Of a stretch of DNA of 64,000 nt, positions 1-13,450 are shown piece by piece (the first letter of the stretch is position 1; each line of letters starts with the position of its first letter). The notes under the pieces were generated by a model. The model had not been told where the DNA came from. It did no database searches and saw nothing but the letters and a program-made list of their open reading frames with translations. The position numbers and the translations under genes are program-made. This DNA is from Octopus sinensis (lineage: Eukaryota), in NCBI RefSeq assembly GCF_006345805.1, contig NC_043007.1, positions 23,498,001 to 23,562,000 of the forward strand, in the 5' to 3' direction.

Positions 1-457
1 TAGCATAATGACTGGCTAATATTAAACTCAACGAATCTAATGCTACAAATTTCCTGATGTATTATTTCTAATAACCACTTAAAGCTTCTTGCTAGATCCA
101 ATTAAATATTTGACCTTAATAAGCCTCAACATGGAATGAGCCAAACAGCGGAAACAATAAAAGTCGATGCAATTCCATACAAACAGTAGAAGAACCCTAC
201 ACCTCAAGGTTTATAAACTCTGATGCAATCAGTATGCTGAAGAACACACTCAAGACTGGGCTGAAAAGCAACATGTGTATGTATATATAGTATATAGATA
301 TATATATATAGATATATAATATATATAGATATATATATATAATATAGATAGATAGATAGATAGATTGATAGATAGATATAATATACATAATATATATACT
401 ATATATACACATATATATATACATATATAAATATATATACATAGGTATATACATATA

Positions 458-498
<41 letters not shown>

Positions 499-592
499 TA
501 ATATATATACATATATACATACATATATATATACACACACACACACACACTCACACATATACTTATATGTATATATATATATATATTCATTA

Positions 593-945
593 ATTCTTTT
601 ACATGTTTCAGTCATTTGACTGCAGCCATGCTGGAGCACCGCCTGAAAGAAATCAACCCCAGGACTTATTCTTTGTAAGCCTAGCACTTATTCTATGTCC
701 CCGCTAAGTTACGGGAACGTAGACACTCCAACATCGGTTGTCAAGCGAGGGTGGGGGAACAAACATAGACAAAGACACACGCATAAATATAAATATACAT
801 ATATATATATGGGCTTCTTTCAGTTTCCATCTACCAAATCCACTCACAAGGCTTCGGTCGGCCCGAAGGTATAGTAGAAGACACTTGCCCCACAAAATGC
901 CACGCAGTGGGACTGAACCTGGAACTATGTGGTTGAGAAGCAACC
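593..945 (-). mobile_element. tRNA-derived SINE, family B
   Basis: Reverse complement of the full copy at 19254-19692: same tail (gactgaaacaagtaaaaga), same internal (TA/TG)n and same head. Confidence 0.8.
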
Positions 946-1216
946 ACGAGATGTTGCATTAACAGATAAGATTTGATTTAACCTAGCAATCCGCATGCGT
1001 AGAAATTTCGATGTTATTTTGAAAAGTTTATGATTGCTGGAGGTTTACAGGGAACCATGGAATACTAAATTCCTTTTGAAATTTATTTTCCCGAGAGCAT
1101 TTGGCTCTGGGTACCGTTAAATTCTACATAGGTGATATTGAACGTGCATTTCTTAGGACAGAACATCTTTGAAAGCCTATTCTTTCTTATAAATTTGTTA
1201 CCTTATTTTACTTTGA

Positions 1217-1485
1217 GAATCTATTTCTTTACTACCCACAAGGGGCTAAACACAGAGGGGACAAACAAGGACAGACAAACGGATTAAGTCAATTACATCG
1301 GCCCCAGTGCGTAACTGGTACTTAATTTATCGACCCAGAAAGGATGAAAGGCAAAGTCAACCTCGGCGGAATTTGAACTCAGAACGTAACAACGGACGAA
1401 ATACCTATTTCTTTACTACCCAGACGAAATACGGCTACGCATTTCACCCGGCGTGCTAACGTTTCTGCCAGCTCGCCGCCTTTTC
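1217..1485 (-). mobile_element. tRNA-derived SINE family A, with multimer junction
   Basis: B-box gagttcaaattcc, core gactttgcctttcatcctttc and tail gtagtaaagaaata. Junction gacgaaatacctatttctttactacc near 1396-1420. Confidence 0.85.
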
Positions 1486-2243
1486 TACTTTGAGAATCAT
1501 TAAGTATTATTTTTATATTTACGTCAAAAAGTGAACACGCTCTAGGAAGAGTTACATAGAAATTGTCCAGAGAAAATACTATTTCATGAATAAATTGTGC
1601 ATTTTTCTCGAATGTTTATTCTTGAGACTTATTGTTACCGAAAACGTTAAACTTAACGAAAAGCGATCTCTGTTTAAAACAAGAGGAAAATCAGTAACAC
1701 TTGAGCAGAGTTTTATAGATGAAATTTCCTGCTTCTGTGCAAGTTTCTTTGGACAGCTAATCGTTTTCCAGCTACATGATCCTACTAAATGGATAAGAGC
1801 ATAACAACTGTACCACGCTGTTAATTAAATTTATAAAGTGACATTCTATCTGGAGCGAGTAGATTCAAAAAGTCGGGTGAATAGCTAATTCTGTCTTCTT
1901 CCTTCTTTATGTTACCACTTAAACACGGTGCTGTTTCTCTCAGGAATGTCTCCACTGCTTCGTTAAATATTTAGTCGCAATTTCCTGGAGTTAATAGAAT
2001 TTGTGTCGCATAATCATCCAGTACTGTATTGGATAGCACCTCATCCACTAGAAAAATTTCGATTTCGAACCACCGCGAGCTCAGATTCTGAAATGCATCT
2101 TCTACTATCAGTGTTTCTAACACCAAGCTGAAGTAAAAACCTTATGAAATCTTCTTGGTATTTTTCTGTCATTTTTTTTAAAGTCTATGTTGCTTGGGTA
2201 AAGATTAGAAGATTGGAGTTTTGTTTAATACTGCTCTTACTCT

Positions 2244-2639
2244 CTCTTTTACTCTTTTACTTGCGTCAGTCATTTGACTACGGCCATGCTGGAGCACCGC
2301 CTTTAGTCGAGCAAATCGTCCCCAGGACTTATTCTTTGGAAGCCTAGTACTTATTCTATTGGTCTCTTTTGCCAAACCGCTAAGTGACGGGGGCGTAAAC
2401 ACGCCACCATCGTTTGTCAAGCGATGTTGGGGGAACAAACACAGACACATAATATATATATATATATAGTGTGTGTGTGTGTGTGTGTACATACACGACG
2501 GGCTTCTTTCAGTTTCCGTCTACCAAATCCACTCACAAGGCTTTGGTCGGCCCGAGGCTATAACACTTGCCCAAGGTGCCACGCAGCGGGACTGAACTCA
2601 GAACGATGTGGTTGGTAAGCAAGCTACTTACCACACAGC
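2244..2639 (-). mobile_element. SINE family B, near full length
   Basis: Aligns by eye end to end with 19254-19692. Confidence 0.85.
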
Positions 2640-3055
2640 TATGTTAAAAAGAAAAAAAATAATATTTAAGGTACTACTATTACATAGTTGCAAAGGAGAT
2701 TGCTAGTGAACGTTTTCTCTGAGCCACCGAAAGCGTTAACATTGAAACAATTTGGTTGCGAGGTTTCACCGATGCTGACTCGCATAACAGCCAACAAATA
2801 CATCTTTTACCTCTTACTTGTTTCAGTCATTAGACTACGACCATTTTGGGGTACCGCCTCAAAGAATATTTGGTCGAATGAATCGACCCCAGTGCTTATT
2901 TCTTTTTAAATCTGGTACTTATTGTATCAGTCCTTTTAACGAAACGCTAAGTTACTAGGACATAAACACACCAATACCGGTTGTCAAGCTGTCAAGAGTG
3001 TCAGACTCACACACACACTAATTAACATGTGTGTGTGTGTGTGGTATGTGTGTGT

Positions 3056-3097
<42 letters not shown>

Positions 3098-3159
3098 TTT
3101 CTCTCCTTTTTATTTTCTCTCTTTTATGATACTAAGCAAGAATAAGATATTCTTTTCTA

Positions 3160-3780
3160 CTCTAGGCACAAGGCCCGAGGATTACAGGACTTAACTAGTT
3201 CTTGTCTTAACCACCCCAAAAGGATGAAAGGCAAAGTCGAATTCGGAGAAATTTGAACTCAGGGCGTAAAGTCGGACGAAATACCGCTAAGCATTTTGTC
3301 CGGTGCGCTGGTTTTTCTGCCTGCTCGTTGCTTTTAATTTTAGTACAAGGTTAATAGTTTTAGGTGGAAAGGGGTCACTTGATTATTAAATCTAACGTCA
3401 GTGCGCAACTAATACTTATCTTATCGACCCTGAATGTATGACCTCAACGGAATTTAAACCCAGAACGTAAAGAACTGGAAGAAATACCTATTTCTTTACT
3501 ACCCACAAGGGGCTAAACACAGAGGGGACAAAGAAAGACAGACAAACGGATTAAGTCAGTTATATCGACCTCAGTACGTAACCGGTACTTATTTAATCGA
3601 CCCCGAAAGATGAAAGGCAAAGTCGATCTCGGCGGAATTTGAACTCAGAACGTAGCAGCAGATGAAATACGGCTATGCATTTTGCCCGGCGTGCTAACGA
3701 TTCTGCCAGCTCGCTGGAAGAAATACGGCGTTACGTATTTTGTCCTACACGCTGACGGTTCTGCCAGCTCACCGCCTTTA
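3160..3780 (-). mobile_element. Cluster of SINE family A copies, including a dimer
   Basis: Repeated aaggatgaaaggcaaagtcga...gaatttgaactcagaacgt blocks, multimer junction near 3481-3505. Confidence 0.8.
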
Positions 3781-4904
3781 ATGCAACTTTTAATAATGAT
3801 AAAAAAAATAGAACATTTGAAACCTGCATCTCTCTTACGTAGAATAGAATTTATAAACAAGATAAAAAAAGAACAACGAAAACAACCGACTTTTATTCAG
3901 AGTTGGTACAAGCATCTCAACAGACGAAAATAACGGAGGGGTAGGCATTGAAAACTATTCCGTTAATGTTTTCTACCAACAACCAACACACCTTACAATA
4001 ATCAACAGAAACGAAGCAGAACATCCAAAAATTCTAAAGATGGACGTCTTCGGAGACATTGAAACGCTGGAGAAACATGGTTTGTGGTGGTGGGGTGGGG
4101 GGGGTGGGGTGGGGTGGTGGGAAATGCTTATATAAAATTACAGCAAAATATAAAAAGAAAAACCTTATTTTTTTCTTTTTAATAAATGGATGTGGAAAAA
4201 AACACAGCAAAGGAAACAGGAAAAAAAATTCGTTTGTAATCAAACGTGAAGATACAGAAAAATGTGTACAAATATACAAACACGGAATTATTGTGTGTGT
4301 GTGTGTGTGTGTGTGCGTGTGTGCGCGCATGTGTGTGTGCTTATGTATGTGTGTGTGCGTATATAGAAACAGATGTATATATAAACATACACATACATGC
4401 ACATCTTATTCTGTAGAGATACATATATATATATACACACACACACGCACGTACATACACACACACACGCACACACATATTCACAGAGTCTCACACACAC
4501 ATACTGGCACGTACACACACACACACCGCACACACACACACTCGCACAAATATGCCTATGTGGCGTGCGTGTATTAATTTGAAGCCAGCTGAATACTTGT
4601 TTGCACCGTACAATACATATTTTTGTTAATGGCTACGTATTGCATTACAACTTGAACTTTCGCATCACATGGCAAAACGTCAAGTCGCAATTGAAATGTG
4701 TAATATCCAGTTTATCAATTATATGTGTATGTATGCACGCACGGACACGCACACACACACATACATACATACATACATACATACATACATACATACATAC
4801 ATGCATGCGTGCATACATACATACATACATACATACATACATACATACATACATACATACATACATACATACATGCATACATACATACATATAGATATTA
4901 ATAA

Positions 4905-4936
<32 letters not shown>

Positions 4937-5198
4937 AGGCGCAATGGCCCAGTGGTTATGGCAGCGGACTCGCGGTCGTGGGATCGCGGTTTCGATTCCC
5001 AGACCGGGCGTTGTGAGTGTTTATTGAGCGTAAACACCCTGCTGTACTCTTTCACCACAACTTTCTCTCGCTCTTTCTTCTGTAGGCCTGCTCGCTTAGC
5101 CAGCGGGTGTGGAGTCTTTGAAGGCTAAAACAATACGAAACGCTTTGTGACCAGCGATGTGTAGCAACATCTGATTGCCTGGTCGGTCACGGTGATCG
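4937..5198 (+). mobile_element. SINE family C head with gaaggctaaaacaat...cacgtga tail
   Basis: Head ggcgcaatggcccagtggtt (A box) ... gtttcgattccc (B box) shared with 15428. The tail is shared with 7861-7950, 18289-18410 and 55971-56206. Confidence 0.8.
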
Positions 5199-5255
<57 letters not shown>

Positions 5256-5399
5256 CGACGGGATTCTTTCAATTCCGTCTACCAAATCCATTCACAAGGC
5301 TTTGGTTGGCCCTGGACTACAGTATAAGATACTCTCCAAACTGCTACGTATGTGGCTGGGAAGCAGACTTCTTGCCATAGAGCCACGCCCATACATTCA

Positions 5400-5835
5400 C
5401 AAGAACAATATCGATTACAGTGTCAAATTAATGCACAATGGTGTTTGGTCAACCTCAGTGACACCCATACCCAAAAGCCACCTGGAATCAGATCTGGTGA
5501 GTTAGAAGTTAGAATTCCTTGTAGGCAAATAATGGAAATTTCACCAACAAACAATCCTCCACACGTCATGTGTTGGTGCAGACTTTAGACGGACGTAAAG
5601 TTATTCTATCATAATGTTTAATAACCCAGCTGTGATGATGTTACGACCAGCTTCGATAAAATGAGGTGGTATCACATGTTTGTCACTGCCAATGGCTCCG
5701 AACAGCATCACTGCATTTTGGTTCATACTTTTCTTGACAGGTGTAAGTTTAACCCTGCAGTTTAACCCTGCAGTTGTATAGATTGGTGACTTAATCGACT
5801 GCGATTTTTTCTCTTCGCTACCAGGGATTCTCACA
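5400..5835 (-). pseudogene. Decayed Tc1/mariner-superfamily transposase fragment
   Basis: Minus-strand VMLFGAIGSDKHVIPPHFIEAG, followed downstream by a SNSPDLIPGGFWVW remnant of the WPPNSPDLNP motif. Stops and frameshifts present. Confidence 0.7.
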
Positions 5836-6000
5836 TTCCTTCCAAGCTTTGGGACTTTCCCAACTTTACTTCTTGCTTATTGCTGTCCGTCTGTGTTGAC
5901 GACGGCGTTGTCTCCTAGGAGTCTTATCCTATATTATGTGAGTCGATAGATGTGAAAATAATCCGATCCTAGAATGACATGTCCTTGAAAACAGATGACA

Positions 6001-6330
6001 AGGGAAGTTACCCATTGTTGGTGAGTCTTAGATGACGTCTCTTTTCCTCAAGTTTCTCACGTCGGGTTAGTTCAAAGCATGCAGCTCCTTCGTTGCAGAG
6101 GGAGCGCCAGGTTTGCCGGTTCCGAGTAAAGTATTCAAGTTGTGTTGGTAGAATACTGCAGGGGTTGAGGAGAAGCATAAGATTGTCCCTGAACCTCTTC
6201 TTGGGTCCTCCAAACCTCTTCTTGGGTCCTCCGTGCGGGTGAACACCGGTTGAAAGCTCTCCGAAGAGAACTATTTTTGGGACACGCTTATCAAGCATCC
6301 TGATAACATGGCCCAACCTAAAATACCATT
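6001..6330 (-). mobile_element. RTE-clade LINE 3' ORF fragment
   Basis: GHVIRM..R.PK.VLFGEL..G....GGPKKRF.D.L and WRSL...G...FE are typical of the RTE/BovB RT C-terminus. Internal 20-bp duplication (aacctcttcttgggtcctcc twice). Confidence 0.85.
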
Positions 6331-6605
6331 AAATAACCTTTGAAAGAAACCTGTGAAAATGTTTTAATACTTGCGAATGTATTACTTCATTCGCAAGTCC
6401 TTTTAATGCCCTTAGCTATTGTTCTGCTCACAACGCCGTTTGTTTTTGTTTTGGTCTTTTTTCTGCAAGCTCGATCATGTTGCTCGATAGATATATCGTT
6501 TAAATACAGAAAGAAGCCAGAATGCTTGCGAACGCTGAGTGTACCGTTAGTTGAATAAAGAACATCTGAGGCCGTAAGGTTAGCTATTACTGCATAAGGT
6601 TAGCT

Positions 6606-7398
6606 ATATTTCGTCTGCCGCTACGTTCTGAGTTCAAATTCGGCCGAAGTCGACTTGTGGGTAGTAAAGAAATAGGTATTTCGTCTGCCGCTACGTTCTG
6701 AGTTCAAATTCCGCAAAGGTCGACTTTGCCTTTCATCCTTTCGGGGTCGATTAAATAAGTACCAGTTACGCACTAGGGTCGATATAATCGACTTAATCCG
6801 TTTGTCTGTCCTTGTTTGTCCCCTCTGTGTTTAGCCCCTTGTGGGTAGTAAAGAAATAGGTATTTCGTTTGGCGCTACGTTCTGAGTTCAAATTCCGCCG
6901 AGGTCGACTTTGCCTTTCATCCTTTCGGGGTCGATTAAATAAGTACCAGTTACGCACTAGGGTCGATATAATCGACTTAATCCGTTTGTCTGTCCTTGTT
7001 TGTCCCCTCTGTGTTTAGCCCCTTGTGGGTAGTAAAGAAATAGGTATTTCGTTTGACGCTACGTTCTGAGTTCAAATTCCGCCGAGGTCGACTTTGCCTT
7101 TCATCCTTTCGGGTTCTATTAAATAAGTCCCAGTTACGCACTAGGGTAGATTTAAGCGACTTAATCCGTTTGTCTGTCCTTGTTTGTCCTCTCTGTGTTT
7201 ATCCCCTTGTGGGTAGTAAAGAAATAGGTATTTCGTCTGCCGTTACGTTCTGAGTTCAAATTCCACCGAGGTCGACTTTGCCTTTCATCCTTTCGGGGGC
7301 GTTAAATTAAGTACCAGATGCGTTCTGGGGTCGATCTAATCGAATGGCCCCCCTCGCCCAAAAATTTCGGGCTTTGTGCCTAGAATAGAAAAGAATAT
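6606..7398 (+). repeat. Tandem array of head-less SINE family A units, period 184 bp
   Basis: gaaataggtatttcg at 6669, 6853, 7037 and 7221 (exact 184-bp spacing). The first unit is internally deleted and the last ends in the alternative tail. Confidence 0.92.
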
Positions 7399-8270
7399 TT
7401 CGTCGCTATGATCTCATAACTCTAACACAGTGTATCACAATCTGTAACAAAGCAAAGACTAGTGATAGGCAAAATATTGACTCTGAGTTCATAATATTTA
7501 TTAAAATATGAGGTTTTGAAAACTGTGAGCCTGTATAATTATGCGTGTGTGTGTGTGTGGGTGTGTGTGTGAATGTATATACACACACACATACACACAC
7601 GCATGCATATTATATAAATATAAAATATATATATATAATATATATATATATAATATTATATATATATATATATAATAGATTATAAGATTATATATATATA
7701 TTATATATATAAAAATAATATATTATGATATATATAAAATATATATGTATAAAATATATATATATATATATATATGATAAAATATATATATATATATATA
7801 TAATATATTATATAATATATATATAAAATTTAAAATATATATATATAATATATATATATATATCACGTGATCACGTGATCACGTGACCGACCACACCATC
7901 AGATGTTTTTACACATCGCTGGTCACAATGCGTTCGCATTGTTTTAGCCTATATATATATATATATAATATTCTATATAGATATATATATATATATATTA
8001 TATATATAATAATATATATATATATATAATATAATATATATATATGCAGTGTAATCATGGAGTTGATATCTGGCAAACATAAACTGCAAATTATATTTCA
8101 ATAGACACTCTAATGATACAGTATGAAAGTAGGTCAAACAAGAAGATATCAAATACTTATTTTTACCCTCTCTTACAACGCGGTCCCTCTGCATGTGCCA
8201 GAAATAGCCTCCAAATCTCTATCTAATCACAACCAAAATACACATGTGATACGACAACACACACACACAC

Positions 8271-8352
<82 letters not shown>

Positions 8353-10184
8353 TCAGTTACATTAATCTAAAGGATTACGTTAAAGATTACGTTAAGGATA
8401 CGTTAGCTGGCTGAAACTTCGAAGCGACTGGCTATAATGATTTTGTTTATGAATAGTATATATGTGTGTGTGTGTGTCTGTGGTTGTCCCCGCCCCCCAA
8501 CATCGCTTGACAACCGATGATGGTGTGTTTGCGTCCCCGTAACTTAGCGGTTCGGCAAAGGTGACCTATAAAATAAGTACTAGGCATCCAAAGAATAAGT
8601 CCTGGGGTCGATTTGCTCGACTAAAAGCGGTGCTCCAGCATGACCACAGTAAAATGACAAACAAGTAAAGAGAGAGTATGCATACATTTGCGTGCGCGCA
8701 CTTTACAGAAACACACACGCACACGCACACACATACACATACACACACGCACGTACGTACATACACACACACACACAGAGAAATACGCGCGCGCATTTAG
8801 ACACACAGAAACATATACGCACAGTACACGGGCGCGTATGCACACACATACGCACACACACACACACATACACAAACATACACATAAAATCACACGCAAA
8901 CATACATCGCAGTGTATTATTGCTTACATTAATGTGCGCATAATGTGACCCAATAAGATTTTCAGTAGAAATGTGTGTGTGTGTGTACGCGTGTGTGTAC
9001 GTGTGTGTGTGTTTGTGTGTGTACGTGTGTGTGTGTGTTTGTGTGTGTGTTTGCGTGTGTGTGTGTGTGTTTGTGTGTGTGTGTTTGTTTGTATGTGTGA
9101 GTTTGTGTGTGTGAGTTTGTGTGTGTGTGTGTGTGTGTGTTTAAAATCAAAAGCAAGAATGGAAGAGTAATGGAAAAACAAAAGGTCGGCCCGGGTAGAA
9201 CGCTTCTCTCTCCCACCCTCTTTAAAGTCTCACTTTTTCTCCATTCTTTCCGCTTTCTCCCAATACATTACAACGCTTTCAATCTAGTCTAAGCAGTCAG
9301 TATTTCATTTCGAATACTCTTGAGATTTTCCCTCTTCTAAGAGAGTAAACCATAGCAGTATGCAATTCCTCTTTTACTTTATCAGACCTCGATGTATGTG
9401 TGTATGTGTGCATGTGTGCGCGTATTCTCATTGAGCTTTCTGTGAAAAATGTTCTTGTGCTATGAAATAGTTTCGTTATATTTACGAGATATTATTCCTC
9501 AAAAAATTGGTGAGAAAGGGCGTGGGGGAAGCTTGCTATAGTGTGGGTTAAAAGAACCTTGGCATTCTGTGGTAGCATCAGCAGTGCTTCTCAGTTTTTT
9601 CAAGCGAGCTAAATAATATTTACATTGTGGTTCCTTCAGTTAAAATTGTTGAGATACGATCAGCAATTGTCAGGTCTCTTTGATGTAGTGGTTATCGCAG
9701 TCGTCCAGATAACGACAGATGTGTTGTTTGTTTCCCCGCTTACGATTCTCTCCACAGCTTTTCCCTCATCAAGAGCAAACTTATGTGAGATATAAGACAC
9801 TTATGTATTTTAGCATTTGTGCATTTTAGCAGCTTCTTAGATGCTTATTTCTTCAAACGAACGAAATAGAAATATTTACTTTATAGCTATATGCAGTTAA
9901 AGCTTTTAATATAGGTTCCAAATTTTGGCGCAATGTCAGCATTTTCGAGGAAAGAGTTAGTCGATTACATCGACTCCCAGGACTCAACTGTTATTTATTT
10001 TATCGACCCGGAAAGGATGAAAAGCAAATTCGACTTTGGCAGAGTTTGAACACGAAACGTAAAGACGGACAAAATGCCGCTAAGCATTTAGCCCGGCGCG
10101 CTAATAATTGTGCCAGTTCTCAAAAAGCTCAGGCTTTGCTCCTTCCACCGCCGCTATGAACTCTATATCATCTGTATGATGTGG

Positions 10185-10510
10185 AAAATATTCCATCAAC
10201 ATTGCCCATCTTTAAAATTCGTCGAGGCTTGGCACCTGTGCCATCCGTCCACTACAGAAATGTTCGTGTCGTATCACAACACTATGACAGAACTATTTCA
10301 CCTCAATTAGCCCTGCTCTCTTCAACATCGTGCCAGACGCACATAAAGGAGGAAAGTGACTTCACGACATTCAAACGATCCTTAGATGATTAACCCCAAC
10401 AAATACCAGATAAACCACCCACACCCAGATATGTCTCTGTAAACAATAACCCTCTGCTTGAATGGGCTACGGTTCCCCAGAGTTGACTGTGGTGCTATTT
10501 AATTAGACAT
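10185..10510 (+). mobile_element. CR1/L2-group LINE 3' end remnant
   Basis: Degenerate FKRSLDD...IPDKPPTP.Y...NNNPLLEW translation resembles the C-terminus of invertebrate CR1-like ORF2. Confidence 0.5.
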
Positions 10511-11070
10511 GAGTCAACTTCGGCTGAAACTTATCTAAGTAATTTAATCTATGATGTAACCTTTTAATCAAAGTATGACAACGTGGGTAGAGGCTGACGT
10601 CTTAACATTTCTGATGGTCTTAAGTATAAAAAATTTTTTAAAGATTTATATAAAACTACATTCAGAGTATGTCTATAAGCTATTGTGTTTAGACCTGGTT
10701 TCTACCCTCAAACTTAATAAAGCACTCCGAAAAATCAAAAATCTGCAACAATCTCGGTCCCATAAGTATCGGATAATGGATTTTCAACTGTGTAAAGAAA
10801 CTGACTGTGGTGATCGTAGATTTGACGGTGATTGTGGTGAAAGCAGAGACAGTGTTGATGATGACGCTCGTCGAGATAAGTATGGGAGGTGGTTATGTTT
10901 TTACCGGCGTTGGTTTGGGAAATTGGACGATTTTCAGCATGCGTGTATATGGGTGGAAGTGGACTGCTTGGCGGAGGTCTGCGCTCTCCGAGTGCTTTTC
11001 TAGTTCAGTATTGAGTTATTTCATTTAGTTTTCGTGAATAACCGACTCAATGTCCAGGGATTTGTCTTCG

Positions 11071-11114
<44 letters not shown>

Positions 11115-11117
11115 TGT

Positions 11118-11162
<45 letters not shown>

Positions 11163-11825
11163 AGTGAAACGGATAGTATTCTTAGGAAAGTATTGTAGTA
11201 ATATTCAAAGATATTATAGATGAGTCTGGTTAGTCGAAAGTAACTGGGTATGCTGGGGCTGGAGTCTGAATTTGCAACTGGGTGTGGCATCAAAATTTAC
11301 ATACCGAGTGTCTAGGAGTACTTCTGTTTTTAGTATTTTCGTTTTTTTCGGTCTGTGTCCTTTTCAATGACCAGTCCTGAATTCGGACCTAATGTGGAAT
11401 CCCTCTCATAAATCACACATCGCTGATATCACACCTTTCAGAATTTCACTGAATTTCACTAATGGTGACCCATTACATTAACAAATCCTTTAAACGTAAC
11501 TGGTTTAAGAACCCCTTAGCTAAGTTTTCAACCTGTGACCTCTACCGATCTATCACTTCATCGATCGAAGGCCTCCTTCGTGGTGTGTGATGATGAATCT
11601 CACTGTGACCCGGATTGTTTCAACTCAAACTTTAGTTATGTCTCCTACATTCTTACTTTTAAATTGATTCCCGACAGCTGAAGGTTTCATAGACAGCATG
11701 TTGAGATTGAGTTGACTGTACTTACTGGTACAATCATCTTAATATGAAGATGGCTCTAGGAAATCTCCAATCTCGCTTACCATTAAACACATACAAGCAC
11801 ACATACAAGCACAAACACATATGCT

Positions 11826-12147
11826 GAGACCCCCTTCGGTCACGACACAGACCATGGGCTTGCACCTCCCAGACACAAGTACGGGTAAGGTTGTTTATGG
11901 AAGGCCAGCAGTCACCCATGCATACCGGCCTCCCCTCTCCACGCCACCAGTGTTATCCAAGGGAAAGGCAAAGGGGCCGATACAGCTTGGCACCTGTGAC
12001 GCCGCAACTCATTTCTACAGCTGAGTGAACTGGAGCAACGTGAAATAAAGTGTCTTGCTTAAGAACACAACACGCAACCCGGTCCGGGATTCGAACTCAC
12101 GACCTCACGATTGTAAGCTCGACGCTCTAACCACTGAGCCATGTGCC

Positions 12148-12148
<1 letters not shown>
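11826..12148 (-). mobile_element. tRNA-derived SINE family D (V-domain-like centre)
   Basis: Head ggcacatggctcagtggttagagc...gagttcgaatcc, centre agcaagacactttatttcacgttgctccag. A + strand copy lies at 53431-53715. Confidence 0.8.
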
Positions 12149-12182
<34 letters not shown>

Positions 12183-12647
12183 ATATAATATATACATTAT
12201 ATCCCATAGTCTGGTATCAAAATAATCAACAATAATACTATTGTTGATTATGGACTCTTTTATGGATCCAGGATGTATGAAAAGCAAAGTCGATTTCTGT
12301 GTGACTTGATCTCCAGACCTAAAGGAACTGAACTAAAAACTACAAGCAATGTTGCCCGATGCTCTACTGATTCTGTCATCTACTACTCCTTCACTTTTAA
12401 CAATGATAAACAAAAGTTAAATCGTTTTTTTTTTAATATAGTATCGAATATAATACTTCCTTTGTTACCACTAATCTTTATTTTAATTATTAGATATGTA
12501 AATATAGGATTCCATTATAGGGACAACACTTCTGTGAAACGATCGTAAGATGCTCAAAATGATTAATTCGAAACTTTTAAACTGATATATACATTATATA
12601 TTTGTACTTATATACATATATTTTTATACATATTTAAGGCGGCGAGC

Positions 12648-12845
12648 TGGCAGAAACGTTAACACACCGGGCGAAATGAGTAGCTGTATTTCGTCTGCCG
12701 TTACGTTCTGAGTTCAAATTCCGCCGAGGTCAACTTTGCCTTTCATCCTTTCGGGGTCGATAAATTAAGTACCTGTTACGCACTGGGGTCGATGTAATCG
12801 ACTTAATCCATTCGTCTGTCCTTGTTCGTGTGTAGTAAAGAAATA
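12648..12845 (+). mobile_element. SINE family A monomer
   Basis: Intact head aaggcggcgagctggcagaaacgtt, B box, and tail gtagtaaagaaata. Confidence 0.85.
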
Positions 12846-13450
12846 TATATTTTTATACATATTTATATTCTTAATACAACAATTATTTTACACACGTATA
12901 TATCTTTCTGAAGAAGTCTCTAATATTGATTTCCTGATATAAATAATAATAATAATATATTATTAAAAAATATAGAGAGATATGTAAATAAATATGTAAT
13001 TTGTTGTCTTTGCTAAATTATCAAGGCAGTAGTCTTGAAAATGTCTCGATTAACTGAGATGTTTCTTTCCTTAGCTCTAGATGTTGTTATATCTTGTCAT
13101 TGTTCAGGAAGCACTGAGTAAGGACAGATTCATGGTTTCCTTTAATTGTATTTCTTTCATGACTGAAGATAGTCCTGTTAGTCGGATCTATAAATCGTTA
13201 TAGAGTCTCACTTCTACAAAAGCTTCTCTTTGTTCGAGCTTATTACAAGTGGGGCTTTTTAATGAGCGTTAATGATTGTTAATCAAACAATTACAAATAT
13301 TCATTAATGCCATTATTTTCTCAAATGCAGTAGCATATCGATCTTTCTCTCTAGCCTGAGGAGAGTTGATCATTCCTCTATAAACCGCAAAACTGCTCGA
13401 CGACTACGTGTAGCTTGACCTACTGTCAAATGCGACAGAGAGGAAATAGT

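Noticed and set aside
4009-4080. Exon-like NEAEHPKILKMDVFGDIETLEKH between AG and GT
   Set aside because: Weak acceptor and no similarity to the expected sGC sequence.
4034-4938. Many overlapping 60-170-aa ORFs (also near 8.6k, 24.3k, 41k, 46.3k, 53.8k)
   Set aside because: (CA)n, (TA)n and (CATA)n repeats lack stops in several frames; there is no domain content.
6606-7398. CRISPR-like or tRNA-gene array interpretation
   Set aside because: Units are near-identical with no unique spacers. The B box is present but there is no cloverleaf, so this is SINE-derived.
10575-11003. 142-aa ORF in non-repetitive sequence
   Set aside because: No recognisable domain, non-consensus composition and no splice-frame link to the gene.
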